64,000 nt of DNA from an uncultured virus (IMG/VR IMGVR_UViG_3300005549_000008) (Duplodnaviria > Heunggongvirae > Uroviricota > Caudoviricetes), in the IMG/VR virus record IMGVR_UViG_3300005549_000008; one strand, written 5' to 3'. A program made the position numbers and the translations under genes. Positions within the stretch are counted from its first letter, which is position 1, and the number at the start of each line of letters is the position of its first letter. This document shows positions 39,101 through 51,567 of the stretch, piece after piece. The notes under the pieces are model-generated. The model worked only from the letters and a program-made list of their open reading frames with translations, had not been told where the DNA came from and ran no database searches.

Positions 39101-41053
39101 ACGCGGAGTGAGGGTGCCGTGTGAAAAATGCACGGGGCTGGGGTCCTACCACTACTGCAACACCGCAACCTGGGATGACCGACCCGGCATCTTGTCGGGT
39201 CAGGCGTTCACGTACGATGTATGCGACGAGTGTTGGGGAACAGGTGATAAAAACTGGAAGGGCGCTAACTTACGCACAATTCGGTCGGCGCTTCGTGCAG
39301 CAAGTCCGGATGACCTGCGCGCGCGCGGCTGGACGGTCGCTGTCCACAATGACTATCGCAACCACGGAAACCCGTACACGTTTTGGCTCCTGACAAAAGG
39401 CAATCGTTGCGTCAAAGGTGAGGGGGTGACCGACGCGGAAGCGCTGAACGAGATTCGCGACTTCTTACAAAAGAACCCCTTCCCGGAATTCTGATCTCGC
39501 TACGTAGCACTGGAGCAACAAAGTGCACATTGACGACTGGCTCAACGATCCGAATCAGGACATCTACGCACGGTTCGTGCTGACCTACTTACGCTTCCCG
39601 GCATTTCGACAGTGCGAGTGCCCGGAGGTGCGTACGAAGTACCGACTGTTCTGCACGTACGAAGGGAAACGCTACCGCGTCACCATGGCGAGCCGGTTCG
39701 GTGACATTGGGTTGATCGCCAATCCGAATGAAGAATGGTCGTACCTGGAGCGCGTAGAAGTTACTGAGTGCTCCCAGTGGTCCGATGAGCTCGACTACAG
39801 GGAGCCCCCAAAGCCGTGACTGAGCGGAAGGAGGAATATTTGCTTTCGAAGCGCGCTGAGCTGGAGGAGTTCGCTAAGCAGTTCCGAAAGGATGCCAAGG
39901 AGGCGCAAGCGATCGTCGCCAAGAACATCATGTTTTTGCCGTTCGTCGACGACGGGTTGCACGGTATCACGGCGCTCGGTTTAGAGGCTCTGACGGTCGT
40001 ACTGATTACGCGGCTTGCTGAGATCGAGAAGCGGCTGCAACGGCTTGAATCGGCGCTCGACGATCGCGATTGGTGCTGCGACGAACATCTGGACATCCTC
40101 ATTGCTCGAAACGAAGCCACCCAGGAGAGCGAATGAAACCCGACTGCGCGGAGCCGGAATACCCATGTCTGATTCCTGACTGGTGTGCCGAATACGGGTG
40201 CGCACGCATGGTGCCGAAGCGAATGATCACCGACACTCAAATTGACGGCGCTATCAGTGTGCTGCGTGAGTGGTTCAACACCGGTGCCGATGGCGAGAGC
40301 GCTCACTTACTGTGCGATGCTGTGCTGCAGCTCCGTGCTACCGTTCAGGCTCACCAGAAAGCGGCGGTGTGTCCTGAATGCGGCTCCGCGAACATCAGTG
40401 AAGCGCCGACCACCGAGACCTACCCGTTTCTCGACACCGAGCTAGTTTACCTGTTCCCAGCTTGCCGGTGCGCGGCGTGCGGATTCGGGTGGACGGATTG
40501 GCGTAAGGAAGACGCGGAGATCCTAGCTCGGTATAAGTTTCTCATTGGCAAGTACCAGGGGCAACTCGCTGAGCTGGAGCAGCTGCGCAAGCGCCCCGAG
40601 GATAACCCTGAGAATGACGCCACGGACGCTGCCCACCCCGCCTGGTGGCGTGGGCACGACTCTGGTGGCACCGGCGTCGCGCTCGCGCTGATCAAGGTCG
40701 CTGTGGCCGGCAAGACGGAGGGTACGTTCGCGAGTTCGGAGGTCGAGCTCGCGGCTGGCGCCATTCAGGATCTCCGCGCGCGGCTCCACATCGCCGAAAC
40801 CACCCGGGATGAGCTATCCGACGCTCTGGACCGGGAGCGGCTGCAGCACGATGAAACGCACAGCTACCGCCACCAGGCCGAGCTCGATCTGGAATTATGT
40901 CGTCAAGGCTACCGCGCGCTCGACGCCAACTGGGAGAAGCACCACGAGACTTGCATGGTACCGATCCGCGCGGCGCTCGGTAGGCCCGACGCGACCATTT
41001 CCGAGATCATTATCCGCATTCAGCATCTGCGCCGTGCAGCAGGAGAGACGTGA
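36137..41053 (+). other. Block of ~10 hypothetical genes, several with CxxC zinc-ribbon motifs
   Basis: RTGA-coupled ORFs; class B variants (GGTA) at 36101-36126 and 36763-36788. Confidence 0.6.
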
Positions 41054-41568
41054 TGCGTTGGTTTTTTGACACTGAATTCAATGAAGACGGGCGCACCATC
41101 GAGCTGATCAGCATCGGCATGGTGAACGAGCTCGGTACCGAACAGTACTATGCTGTCTCTAGCGAGTTCGACCCGGAAGCATGCAACGACTGGGTGAAAA
41201 CCAACGTCTTGTCCAAGCTTCCCGACAAGGCGAACTGGAAACCGCGCCGGGTGATCGCGAACGAGATCGAAGGCATGGTGCTGGGTTTAGGTGGAAGACC
41301 CAAGCCTGAATTCTGGGCCTACTTCGCCGACTACGACTGGGTGGTGCTCTGTCAGCTCTACGGAAAAATGATCGATCTTCCGAAGGGATTCCCCATGTAC
41401 TGCATGGACCTGAAGCAGCTCATGAAGATGATGGGGTTCGATAAGTCTGATCTGCCCCAGCAGGAATCGACCGGAGTGCACAACGCCCTGGAGGACGCCA
41501 AATGGGCTCGTACCGCGTGGCTGTGGATCGATCAGCGTCTGCGTGTAGCTAGGGAGACGGTGCCGTGA
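41050..41568 (+). CDS. DEDDh 3'-5' exoribonuclease (Rv2179c/RNase AS-like)
   Basis: Motifs FDTEF, ELISIG, WVKTNVL, ADYDWV..CQLYG.M..LP and HNALEDAKW. Confidence 0.92.
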   Translation: MMRWFFDTEFNEDGRTIELISIGMVNELGTEQYYAVSSEFDPEACNDWVKTNVLSKLPDKANWKPRRVIANEIEGMVLGLGGRPKPEFWAYFADYDWVVLCQLYGKMIDLPKGFPMYCMDLKQLMKMMGFDKSDLPQQESTGVHNALEDAKWARTAWLWIDQRLRVARETVP

Positions 41569-44500
41569 GCGAGCTGCAACCGTTCACCCCCGTCGAGCTC
41601 GGTGATCTGGAGCGTTTACTGCACGCCCACCGAAGCGCGATCGAAACTTATACCGAGCGCGGCTTCCAGCCGCCCCTCACTGACACCGGCATCCCGTTGG
41701 TGAACGAGCTCGAGAAGCATGGCGGAGAACATGCCGTGCTCTTGCGTTTGATCGCTATCGCGCAGCGCCACGCCCTGTCCGATCGGCAAGAAGCCCACGT
41801 GTGCGAACAGCTAGCCACCCAGGACAACGCTTGCACTGCCGATCCGATCTTCACCGTGGAGCAAATGGTCAGAGATATCGGCATGGACCCGGACTACTCG
41901 GATCTGATCTGCTGGTACAATTCGGAGAGTGAGCGCGAGGTGCTATCAGGCAATAAGAGCGATCGGCGTATGTTCGAGGCGCTCGAGAGAGGTTACGAAG
42001 CAGGTACAGTCGGTGACGGCTGGACACGCACCGGCTACCGCGAGCGCTGGGAATTCGTCCAGCCATTTTTGACCCTAGAAGCAGCGGAGCGGTTCCGGGA
42101 GTACATGGCGCACCGTCTAGGTGAGACGCGCATCTACGTCGAGTCAGGGTACCGTAATCACGAATGGCAGTGGCTGCGGTCGCTGTTCACACGGGTGGCG
42201 CCATGACGACTCTGTACGAACACGGAATCGATTTGCATCCGCTCTGTCGTGGCTGGGCCATCTACACCGGGAGCGAAGGAGAGAGTCCGGATTTCCGAGG
42301 CTTCTTTTTGAACCGCCTCGACGCGGAGAATGTGGTGCGTGTTTCTTCCAGCCTAGACATCCCTCTCTTCTGGGAGCCCTGCATCGTACCGGCGATCCTG
42401 ACCGAGCACGGCATCATCACCGCGAACGATTGTGAGCTCGATACTCCGGAAAAGCTCTCTGAGCACATTCACGACATCGACCTCTCGGAGTTTTCGGAAT
42501 GAATCGATACTTCTACAGCGACGGAGAGGAATATGACCCCAACTGAGAACAGTACCGGGAAGGCGGAACCGATCGACTGGGACAAGCGCGAGCCGTTCGG
42601 CGCCGACGAAGCATTCGAGCTACTGCAAGCCGCCATCGCTTCTTACCAAAGCGCCGGCATGGGGCCAATGGCGGCCGTGTACGCCGCCTGGGATCTGTAC
42701 GAGTTCGGGTTGCGGCGCGGCTCCCAATCGAACGCTGATGGCGAGCACCCTGACTGCCCGTCCTGCATCTGCGGCAAGCGTGCCCCCGTTCAGGCGAGTC
42801 GCTACGAGGTTGGCGCCAACGGGTACGAAGACAAGGGCCGGCCGCGAATGGGACCTGGCGCCGGGCCCGGAACCATTTCCTGGGCAGAGCACCTGATCGC
42901 GTGGGGCGGCTACGATGCCAAATGGGGAAGCGGTCAGACCGCCGAGAGGCTCGCTGAACGTGGCGGCTTTAGCTACGCGGAGCTGCTCGATTTTATCGGC
43001 CACGAACCGAAGACCTGGATGCCGCGCCGATGAGCACCGAAGATCCGATCTGCCGTATCTGCGGCGAACCCAAATCCAAGCACGTGCCCACTGCCAAGGG
43101 ACCGTTCACGCACCCACGCGAGGCGGCGGGCGAGGGTATCTATCGGCGCGTCAGTGGCGGTCATTATGAAGTGGGATGGTCCGGAGAAATGCAGCACTGG
43201 GAGCGCTGGGAGTTCGTTCCAGCAACACCGCCGGATACATCCTCATGACCTCACTGTGCACTGGCCTGTCGGCGTTCTGGTGCCCCAATTGCGGGACGTG
43301 CACGTGTACGCGCGGGCGCGATGGGGATTGCTTTTTTGATGCCGAACAATGCCCCCTGCACAGCGCTCAGTCACAGCATGCGCAGACCATCGAGCTCGCT
43401 CAATGCGAGCAAGCCATCAACGCACTGATCGCTGAGTTCGATGTAGAAGTGTCCGAGCACGATCAGGCACAGCTCGTTCGATTTGCACAGTTACTTTACG
43501 ACCGCAGCCGACGAAAGAAGCCTTCCAATGCCTAAGTACTCCGAGCACGAAAAATTACGCGCCGTGAAGGACCAGAGCCAAGCGATCGGGGCCTACCTAG
43601 AGTGGCTGGCGGAGCAAGGCTGGGAATTACAGCGGGCCGATGAAGACGGCAAGACCGAGTACGAGTGTCGCACCATCGAACGGCGGCTAGCCGAGTACTT
43701 CGAGATCGATCTCCGTAAAATCGCCGACGAAAAAGACTGGATGCTAGAGGAACAGCGTAGGCTCAACGGATGCTGACGCCGAATTGTCCGGGGTGCGGAT
43801 GGGTGGCGCCCCAGTGCGAGATGATCGAAAGCCCTGGCCATGACGGCAGTGCCGACATCCAGTGCCCGCGAACCGCCACGATGCTCATCAACGGGCTACC
43901 GACGTGCGACGAATGCACCGCCATACTCGAGAAGGCTGGACTGATCGAGGGCGCCCATGCGCTGCACGTGGGGTGCCCAATTCGGACGTATCCCGGTTTC
44001 CCTGACGGAGTCACAGATAGCTTCCTGAAGCACGCCGCGAAGACGTCGTCGCAGTATGATATCACGTGTCGAGCTCTCGCTGCTGAAGTACTGGCCGAGC
44101 GCGCAACCGTCACCCGGTTCGCCGTCGAGATCGCTAGAGCACAGGCAATAATTGATCTACTGCGCGTTCGTGCATCGAAGGGCTATCACTGCAAGCACGA
44201 GAACGTCAGTGAGGGCCCAAGGTGCCCGCTGCGTTACGGTTCGGCGCCGACGCAGGTGTGCGATCTGTGCGGTTGGTGGCGGACCAATCTGCACGCGCCA
44301 AGCCAATGGCAACAGCCGCCTATTCCAACTGCCGCCGACGACGCGCCTGGGGAGAAGCGGACGTGATTGATCCGAAGCTTTTCACGGTCGAGCGCCTACT
44401 CAGTGTGCTAACAGACCACGGCCACGGAAACCGCAACGTATGGGTGAAGCTCGCGGAGATCATCCCTGATTACATGCCGCCGTTCCCTGATGCCAAAACG

Positions 44501-47032
44501 AAGCCGCGCTGCGTGGTCAAGTGCGGGCAGTCGTTCTTGCGCCACTCGCGCGGGCCGCTCCAGGGTCACTTTTGGGACATTTACGGTGAGGACTACCAGA
44601 GTCCAGAGCTCGCCCTGGTCGCGCTGCTTCAGGCTCCGCCGCCGCCGAGCTTCATCAAACGAGAAATCTGGGAGCAGGTCACGGCGCTGGACACCCCTGC
44701 CCCCGCCGAGAGTGAGGAGAAATGAGCGGCATCTGTTCTAAGCATCGCGGCCACGATCCAAATTGCGAGCTATGTACCGCCATGACACAACCGTCCACCG
44801 AGACGCATCCGACGATGCCTAGAACAAAAGCGCTCACATTGACCGAGCTTGCGAAAATCAATCACGTCTCGGCCCGACGTGCACAGAGCCTATCTGACTA
44901 TTTTGCCAAGGTCGCGATAGTCGCGAGTGACGCTCATGCCGAGAAGCGCTTAGCAGCACGTCTCTGCCTGTACTGTTTCTATTTAGAGCGCTCGCTAGCT
45001 GGTCAGGCTTTTACGAAGTGGAGTTGCGTGTTGTGCGGCGAGCCGCAACCAATGCACCACAACACCAACGTCCCGCGAGTCTGTCAGTCGTGTGCCGATG
45101 CATTTGACCTGTGTGTGCAGTGCTCCGGAACCCGCGACTGCCGACAAAGGAGCCGATTCGATCGTCGGGCACGACGCAGGAAGAAGGGGCAATGCCCGTG
45201 ATCCCCTCGACGCATCCCACGCCGTGGCGCCAAGCCTTAAGCGCCCCCGAGCTGATCATCGCTGCCGATAACGTTCCGGCGGGGCAGATGGATAGCCCCG
45301 AGCTCGCCGCCCGCGTTGTCGAGGCGGTGAACGCGCAGCAGTGGTCATGCGTCGTGTGCGGCTTCCTTGGTGATGTGGCCGCCTATCATGCGCACAGCTG
45401 TCTAGAGCACGACCGGCTGAAGAAGGCCGCCACCGAGACTGAGGGGCTGGACCTCGAAAAGCTGACGCGCGGTCTTCGCATGTTTGCCGTCGAGGCTGGA
45501 GAAAACGAGTCGTACGCTGCGGCCCAAACGATGGCGGAATCTGCCGATCTGCTCATGGAGCTCCAGTACCGCCTCACCTCCGCCGAAGCGAAACGGGAGC
45601 GACTGGAGGGGGAGCTCGCGACAGTACGCTGGGACCGCGAGTGCCTACAGAAGCGCCGAGATGAACTGGAATCCGAGGTTGAAGCCGTCCGGGCAGATCT
45701 GCACAGGCAACTGGAACCGCTCGCAGCGTTCCACGAAGTCTGGCGTTCGTGTATTGCGCTCGCTGACAAGCCAGAAGCGCTGGCGCTACTTAAGCATGGG
45801 CTGTGGCTTGAGAAGCGCCTCGCTGTGTTGGAGCCAGCAGCAAAGAAATGGCGGGCAACGATTCCCGACATGCACCCCGAATACCTAAGGCCAGAAGCGC
45901 GTGAGCTAGCCGATGCGCTCGACTCACTGGCGGCGGAGAAGGAAAGTAATGGCTAACCCGCGCGCTGCAATCGAGCGAATGGTTGAGGATATCGCGACCG
46001 CGGATCCGCTGCTGGTCAATCGCATCCACTCACCGTCTGATCGAGATCTGCTACGGTTGTCGCTGATCGAGGACTACTTCTACCAACGTCGGGTGCTCGA
46101 TGCGAACGACTGTAAACGCCTGGTCTTGGGTTCAAAGGAGCTCGGCGCGGCATTTCCAACCGTGCGAGCGCTACTCGATAGCTTCAGGAGGCGGCGAGAG
46201 CCATGAAACCCTACGACAACCCATTTCGTAACAGCTCGATGCCATGCCGAGCTTGTAAACTTGAGGCCGAGCTCGGCACCGAGGAGGTGCCACACCCAAT
46301 TGACGCCAGGGTGCACTCATGCGTCGACACTAGCCAATTGCGCGATCTACCTCGTGGCGCCCAGGTCTTACTGAGGCCACCCATCGACATGATTTTGTTT
46401 TGTCCGAAGTGCCATAAACAGCATCTCGACGCGCCGAACACTGACAAGAACTGGACGAATCCTCCGCACCGTTCGCACGAGTGTCAGTTCTGCGGCTACA
46501 TCTGGCGCCCTGCCGACGTAGCTACCAATGGAGTTACAGCAATCGCAACGCGCGGCGAACGGGATGACTCATGAGACGGGTGTTCGTACTCGAGATGCAG
46601 GGAAAGCCTCAGCAGTGTGCGCTCGATCCTCATCGCCTGAACGCCAAGGACGGTTCTAATCGCATCGTGCCCTACATGTCGATCGATGACCTAGAAAACC
46701 TCGCCTTCCAATGGAAGGCTGGTGGCGGCGTGGACTATGTGGCCTGCGCCGAGCAGCTCGAGTTGATCATCGATAAGATCCGCCATCGCGACCAGCCTCC
46801 CAAACTACCCAAGTGGCTTCCTGCTGGTGTGTACGTCCACCATTGCGGGTCCACCTTTCAGTCGGTTGGTGAGCTGCGTCTGATGAGCGACGACAAGGTA
46901 CCGTGCTACACGGGGCTCTTCAAAGAAGTCCAGCCTGAGCGTGCACGAGAAGATCTATTTGTTGTGTGCGCTGCCGAAATCGACTGGACCCAGTACTATC
47001 GCCTGATTGAGACCAATCCTACGCTAAAATAG
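41565..47032 (+). other. Block of ~13 translationally coupled hypothetical genes, many Cys-rich
   Basis: Continuous ATGA/GTGA overlaps; no recognisable family motifs. Confidence 0.6.
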
Positions 47033-47222
47033 CCTCTGCCGGGAGAAGCTCATCGTCAGCACGAGGAGCCCGCAGAAGAACATGTATTTGCCGACTTCTG
47101 CGACCTTGGAGTGCGGGACCAAGAACCAGAGCAGCAAGCCCAAAAGCATGATGAGCAGCGGGACAGTGAACATACAAGGCCTCCTTGGTGGGACGACCCA
47201 AGTCTAGCAGACAACCTGCACC

Positions 47223-47257
47223 AAAAGTTGCTTCCTCAATAAGGGTACCGGTACCTT
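47223..47257 (+). promoter_or_regulatory. Class A promoter-like motif
   Basis: AAAAGTTGC-N19-GTACCTT, 9 nt before ATG 47267. Confidence 0.8.
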
Positions 47258-47266
47258 CGTCGGTAT

Positions 47267-48004
47267 ATGACTGCAGATTCCGGCTACGGCGCCCGAATTC
47301 TCGGTTCCCGCGCGACGGTGACCGGCACTTCGGATTCCCTTGAGTCCATCAACACGTTCGAGCTCGACAACGGCGCCATCGTCGTCATCATCTCGAACCT
47401 CGCGCAGTACGTGCTGGACAAGCTCAGCACCGATGCGCCGTCTGGCGACGACATTGTGGCGCCAGCCCAGGGCGGACCGGGACGGTGGTTCAAGTACCCG
47501 ACGATCGTCGGCACCGACGACATCATCAACGAAAGCAATGTTCCCGGCGTAACCCTTACCGACGCCCTGAACGATCTCCTGCTGGGTGGCGGCTTACCGA
47601 TACCTTCCAACAGCGGCGCCGAGCTGATATTTTTCGACGGCTCATGGTATGCCATCGGGAAAGTGACCAGCGCGATCGCGTTGGGCGATGCGGACGCCAC
47701 ACTTGATGTCAACGCTGCCTCCGCCCAACTGATGCCCACCTCCGCGGTGTTGACTGGCGACCGCGACTACACGCTGCCGGCCCCTGCAGCGAATCGCAAA
47801 GCACTGTTTTCTTTCTCGGTCTACATGTTCGGTACGCCCGGGGCGTTCTCGGTCTCATTCATCAATGGGCCCTCAGCGACGACCATTTACCCCGTCGGTT
47901 CGGAGACCGAACCCGCTTATCCCTACCGCATCGACTTCTCCTGGGATGGAGGTAACTGGTCTCCTGCTGCGTACTGCGACTTGACCGTGGAGCTAGTGGT
48001 CTAA
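47267..48004 (+). CDS. Putative virion spike/fibre protein with the shared N-terminal domain
   Basis: The first ~80 aa closely match those of 49884 (DSGYG.R..GSRATVTG...SLESINTFELD...APSGDDIVAPAQGGPGRWFKYPT). Confidence 0.7.
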   Translation: MTADSGYGARILGSRATVTGTSDSLESINTFELDNGAIVVIISNLAQYVLDKLSTDAPSGDDIVAPAQGGPGRWFKYPTIVGTDDIINESNVPGVTLTDALNDLLLGGGLPIPSNSGAELIFFDGSWYAIGKVTSAIALGDADATLDVNAASAQLMPTSAVLTGDRDYTLPAPAANRKALFSFSVYMFGTPGAFSVSFINGPSATTIYPVGSETEPAYPYRIDFSWDGGNWSPAAYCDLTVELVV

Positions 48005-48006
48005 GC

Positions 48007-49827
48007 ATGCTTGCTGCGATGCCATGCCTGAGTCCGCGTGGGCTATTGAGCCCTCAGCGGCTACCTGGGATCTCCTCTCTCGTTGCACTGTTCAATGCAG
48101 GCCAGGCAGTCCAGCTACGGGGAACTCTAGGCGGTTCAGGGACTGGCGTTTTGACCCTGACGATCACAGGTCAGCCGGCACAATGGGGGACGCACGTAGA
48201 TCCGGTCGATGTGCAGTGCATGCTCCCGGGCACGCTCGGTAACTCCAAAATCCGGTGGTCGCGCAACGGCGGAAAGAACTGGTCGGCTAGCACACTGACC
48301 GCCGCCAGTATGCCGATCGGAGCTGACGGCGTCACGCTCAATATCCCAGCGGGCACGATGACGGTCCTGATGCGATGGACCAGCGCCTACGTTTCGCTGG
48401 GAAGCCTGGTCGGATCGCAGAGCGCGACGCTTGCTCCAGCCGGCACGATCCTGTTCCAACCGTGGAGCTTCAACGGTACCGCGCGCGCGTTCTTTTCAAT
48501 CGGTACCGAGCTCGAGGAGGACAGTGGCATTTTGGCGGCCGTGCTCAACGGCACCGACAAGCCGTTTACTCTCGTCTTGGTCGGCCAAAATATTTCTATC
48601 GATCAAGCACTGGCGACAGCGCAACCGATGATCGGTTGGGCTCGTCAGTCGGTAAGCGGCAATCCGTTCTGGCAGTTCGGCGTGAGAGGGCCGGCGGCGG
48701 CCCCAGCTAACAACTGGACCAGTGTCCGCGAAGACAACGTTCCGGTAGCGGTCACACTGAACTCGGCGGTAGGAGCGCCCGTTCCCGATGAGCGACCGAC
48801 CGTATATGTCATCCGCTCCATTGGCGGCACCGCGCTCAACGTGAAGCGTTACCCGCAAAATGAAACGTTGATCAATGGCGCGCAGGATGTCGGCGCAATG
48901 ACAATTGATCGGTTTTCCTGGGGAGCAATCCATCGGTCCGGCAATGCAATCCAGGGATCGAACCATGGCGGGTCTCGCTGTATCCTTTACAACGCTGACA
49001 TCGGAGCGCTCGCCGCGGAAACGGTGGGGCGTGCGATGGCGATCCGCTACGCGCTCGCAGCGCGCTTTCAGGTCCACACAGTCCATGCGATCATTTTCGT
49101 AGGCCAATCGAACCAGCCTGGCGCGAACGTGGATGCGCTGGGAGCGATGGCGCCACCTCCTGGAAGCCGCTTCACGCAGATCAAAATGCTGCGTCGTAAC
49201 CTCGTAGGCAACGAGGCGATCTCCGACACTGTTCTACAGGATTTGAACTTCTCCACGACGGTGGCAGCCGGCACCTACCATGGGTGCCAAATTCAGTGCT
49301 GCTTCGATCTTTGGGCTCAAGGCAAGACGGTTGCCCCGTTGATCATCGCCGCGAACGGCTCGGCCATGGTCGACTGGATCGCTGGCGGCTCGCGCAACGC
49401 TGCGCTTCAGACTGCGATCGCAAACTTTGCCACGCTGCTCGCGGCCGAGTATCCCAACGCGCAGATCGTCTGGCATCTCCATATCAATCAGGGCGAGAAC
49501 GAAGCCAAACAAGGCACCAATACCGCAGCTCTCGCCTGGCCCACTGATTGCGCCACGCTGGTCACCAACGTGAGCACGTACACCGGTCAGGCGATCACGG
49601 CGCCAGTGATCATTCAAATCCAGCACAACCTGCCCGCCGCACCCCAACTGACCGATCTCCGCGCTTCGCAAGCCACGGCAGCCACTAACCTGGGTGGCAC
49701 CCTGATCCTGACGGATGACGCCTCCGATATCCCGGAGTGGCTGCAAAGCGACTTGACCCACTGGAGTGGGCGCGGTCAGAACTGGCTGGGCGAGCAATCC
49801 GTCGCACCGCTTGCCGCGCAGATGTAG
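48007..49827 (+). CDS. Putative receptor-binding protein: lectin/LamG-like region plus C-terminal sialate O-acetylesterase-like (SASA) domain
   Basis: Motifs IFVGQSN, INQGENE and DLTHWS; beta-rich N-terminal region. Confidence 0.7.
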   Translation: MLAAMPCLSPRGLLSPQRLPGISSLVALFNAGQAVQLRGTLGGSGTGVLTLTITGQPAQWGTHVDPVDVQCMLPGTLGNSKIRWSRNGGKNWSASTLTAASMPIGADGVTLNIPAGTMTVLMRWTSAYVSLGSLVGSQSATLAPAGTILFQPWSFNGTARAFFSIGTELEEDSGILAAVLNGTDKPFTLVLVGQNISIDQALATAQPMIGWARQSVSGNPFWQFGVRGPAAAPANNWTSVREDNVPVAVTLNSAVGAPVPDERPTVYVIRSIGGTALNVKRYPQNETLINGAQDVGAMTIDRFSWGAIHRSGNAIQGSNHGGSRCILYNADIGALAAETVGRAMAIRYALAARFQVHTVHAIIFVGQSNQPGANVDALGAMAPPPGSRFTQIKMLRRNLVGNEAISDTVLQDLNFSTTVAAGTYHGCQIQCCFDLWAQGKTVAPLIIAANGSAMVDWIAGGSRNAALQTAIANFATLLAAEYPNAQIVWHLHINQGENEAKQGTNTAALAWPTDCATLVTNVSTYTGQAITAPVIIQIQHNLPAAPQLTDLRASQATAATNLGGTLILTDDASDIPEWLQSDLTHWSGRGQNWLGEQSVAPLAAQM

Positions 49828-49838
49828 CACCCGGCCCG

Positions 49839-49873
49839 AAAAGTTGCGGCCGCCGTGGGGGTCACAGTACTCT
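49839..49873 (+). promoter_or_regulatory. Class A promoter-like motif
   Basis: AAAAGTTGC-N19-GTACTCT, 10 nt before ATG 49884. Confidence 0.8.
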
Positions 49874-49883
49874 CACCCGTACA

Positions 49884-51548
49884 ATGAGTGCAGATTCAGG
49901 CTACGGTGTTCGGCTGCAAGGTTCGCGTGCGACGGTGACCGGCGCGCAGAACTCGCTCGAGTCCATCAACACGTTCGAGCTCGATGACGGCTGCATTGTC
50001 ATCATCAAGTCGAATCTGTCCGAGTACATCCTCGACAAGCTCAGCGTCGCGGCACCATCGGGTGACGACATCGTGGCGCCGGCTCAGGGTGGACCGGGAC
50101 GGTGGTTCAAGTACCCGACGAGCGGCGCCGGTGACTTTGAACGCCTGTCGCACGAGTGGTTCGTCGATGGAGACACCGCGGTACCGCTCGCGGATCAGAC
50201 CGGATCGATTGCGAGGCCCTTTGCTACGATTCAGCAAGGAGTCGACGATGCTGCAACGTTGGCTGAACCCGTCCGCTTGATCGTCCAATCTGGGACGTAT
50301 GCCGAGGACGTGGTTATCACGGGTGGCAACATCGAAATCTGTGGCCAGGGTCGTGCCGAAGATCTGCTGATCGAGAGCATCACCTGGACCACTTCCAACG
50401 GTGGCTCCTTGAGACTCGAGCGTCTGACGACGACCGACCCGTTTACTGTGCTCGAAGGGGCGGGCGGCCAGTGTGCTCTGGCGCTGCACGAATGCGATCT
50501 GGTGATCGATGCGTCCAACGTAGACGAACAGGTGTTCAATATCGCCATCAGTGGCGAAGCGCCGCCTAGCCGCGCTACCGGCGACGGGTCATTCACGTCC
50601 CGCATTCAAGGCACGATCGGGTCGAACTTTGCGCGCGTCTGCAACACCTTCTTCGGAGCCGCTGGCTTCACAGCCAGCCAAATGATCTGCGAAGACTGCG
50701 ACGCTGACCCCACTGCAATCTTTACGCTCAATCAGAACGGCGTGGCACTGTTCGACTGGACAGGTGCTGCGTCGACCACATTTGCGACGCTGGCCATGAC
50801 CGGTTTGTCCGAGTGTCGCGTCGAGAACTGCACCATCACCTCGGATGTTACCGTAGTAGCCACCGACAGCACCCTGAACTTTCTCGACTGTGTAATCAAC
50901 CTGCTAGATGTTGATCCAGGGGATGGCGGTGAAGGCACCGTGCGCGTGAGCGGCACCGATGCACCGGGAGCGGGCGGACCGTATCGCGCATCGGTCAACA
51001 CGGTCGACTTTCATTCTGGCGGCGAAACCCCCAACGAGCTCGAGTTCATCACCACGCTGATTCGCTTGCCCGCGGTGATCTCCGTGTGGGGCTTCGTGAG
51101 CGAAGGGTGCAGCATTCCAGAAAACTTCGACCTGGAGGTCATCGATCCCGCGGGCTGCTTTATCCATGATGTGGTTGAGCTCGGTGCGACGCCGATCGGC
51201 ATCGACACCTCAACCCTCGAGATGGATGCAGCAAGCGCCATGCTGTGGCTCGAACAGGCGGGTACGGTCACTGGGGAACTACGCATCCTAGGTAGCGTGA
51301 GCTTCACATCGAGTGCTACCCTCAATGTCGCCGCGGACTCGGCGGCAACGGTAACGTTTGCGGTAGTGGGAATTCAGGGCACCCACAGCGTGGCGGTCAA
51401 TCTCGACAACGCGAACAACTTCATCGTGGTCATGTCCAACACGGTGCCCGCAGATGATCAGCTCAACGTCGTGTTCCGCAACTTCGATCCCGCGAACCCC
51501 CACGACGCTTCCGTGACCATCCAGGGTCAGTTTGGTACGCCCTTCTAG
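49884..51548 (+). CDS. Putative tailspike-like protein: shared N-terminal domain plus beta-helix
   Basis: GSIARPFATIQQGVD...VQSGTYAEDV is a typical beta-helix entry motif. The start is ATG 49884, not 49737. Confidence 0.75.
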   Translation: MSADSGYGVRLQGSRATVTGAQNSLESINTFELDDGCIVIIKSNLSEYILDKLSVAAPSGDDIVAPAQGGPGRWFKYPTSGAGDFERLSHEWFVDGDTAVPLADQTGSIARPFATIQQGVDDAATLAEPVRLIVQSGTYAEDVVITGGNIEICGQGRAEDLLIESITWTTSNGGSLRLERLTTTDPFTVLEGAGGQCALALHECDLVIDASNVDEQVFNIAISGEAPPSRATGDGSFTSRIQGTIGSNFARVCNTFFGAAGFTASQMICEDCDADPTAIFTLNQNGVALFDWTGAASTTFATLAMTGLSECRVENCTITSDVTVVATDSTLNFLDCVINLLDVDPGDGGEGTVRVSGTDAPGAGGPYRASVNTVDFHSGGETPNELEFITTLIRLPAVISVWGFVSEGCSIPENFDLEVIDPAGCFIHDVVELGATPIGIDTSTLEMDAASAMLWLEQAGTVTGELRILGSVSFTSSATLNVAADSAATVTFAVVGIQGTHSVAVNLDNANNFIVVMSNTVPADDQLNVVFRNFDPANPHDASVTIQGQFGTPF

Positions 51549-51567
51549 AAAGAAAAAGGTCTCTCCT

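Noticed and set aside
39485..39506. GGAAT...CGTAG as a class B promoter
   Set aside because: The spacer is 13 nt rather than 16-17.
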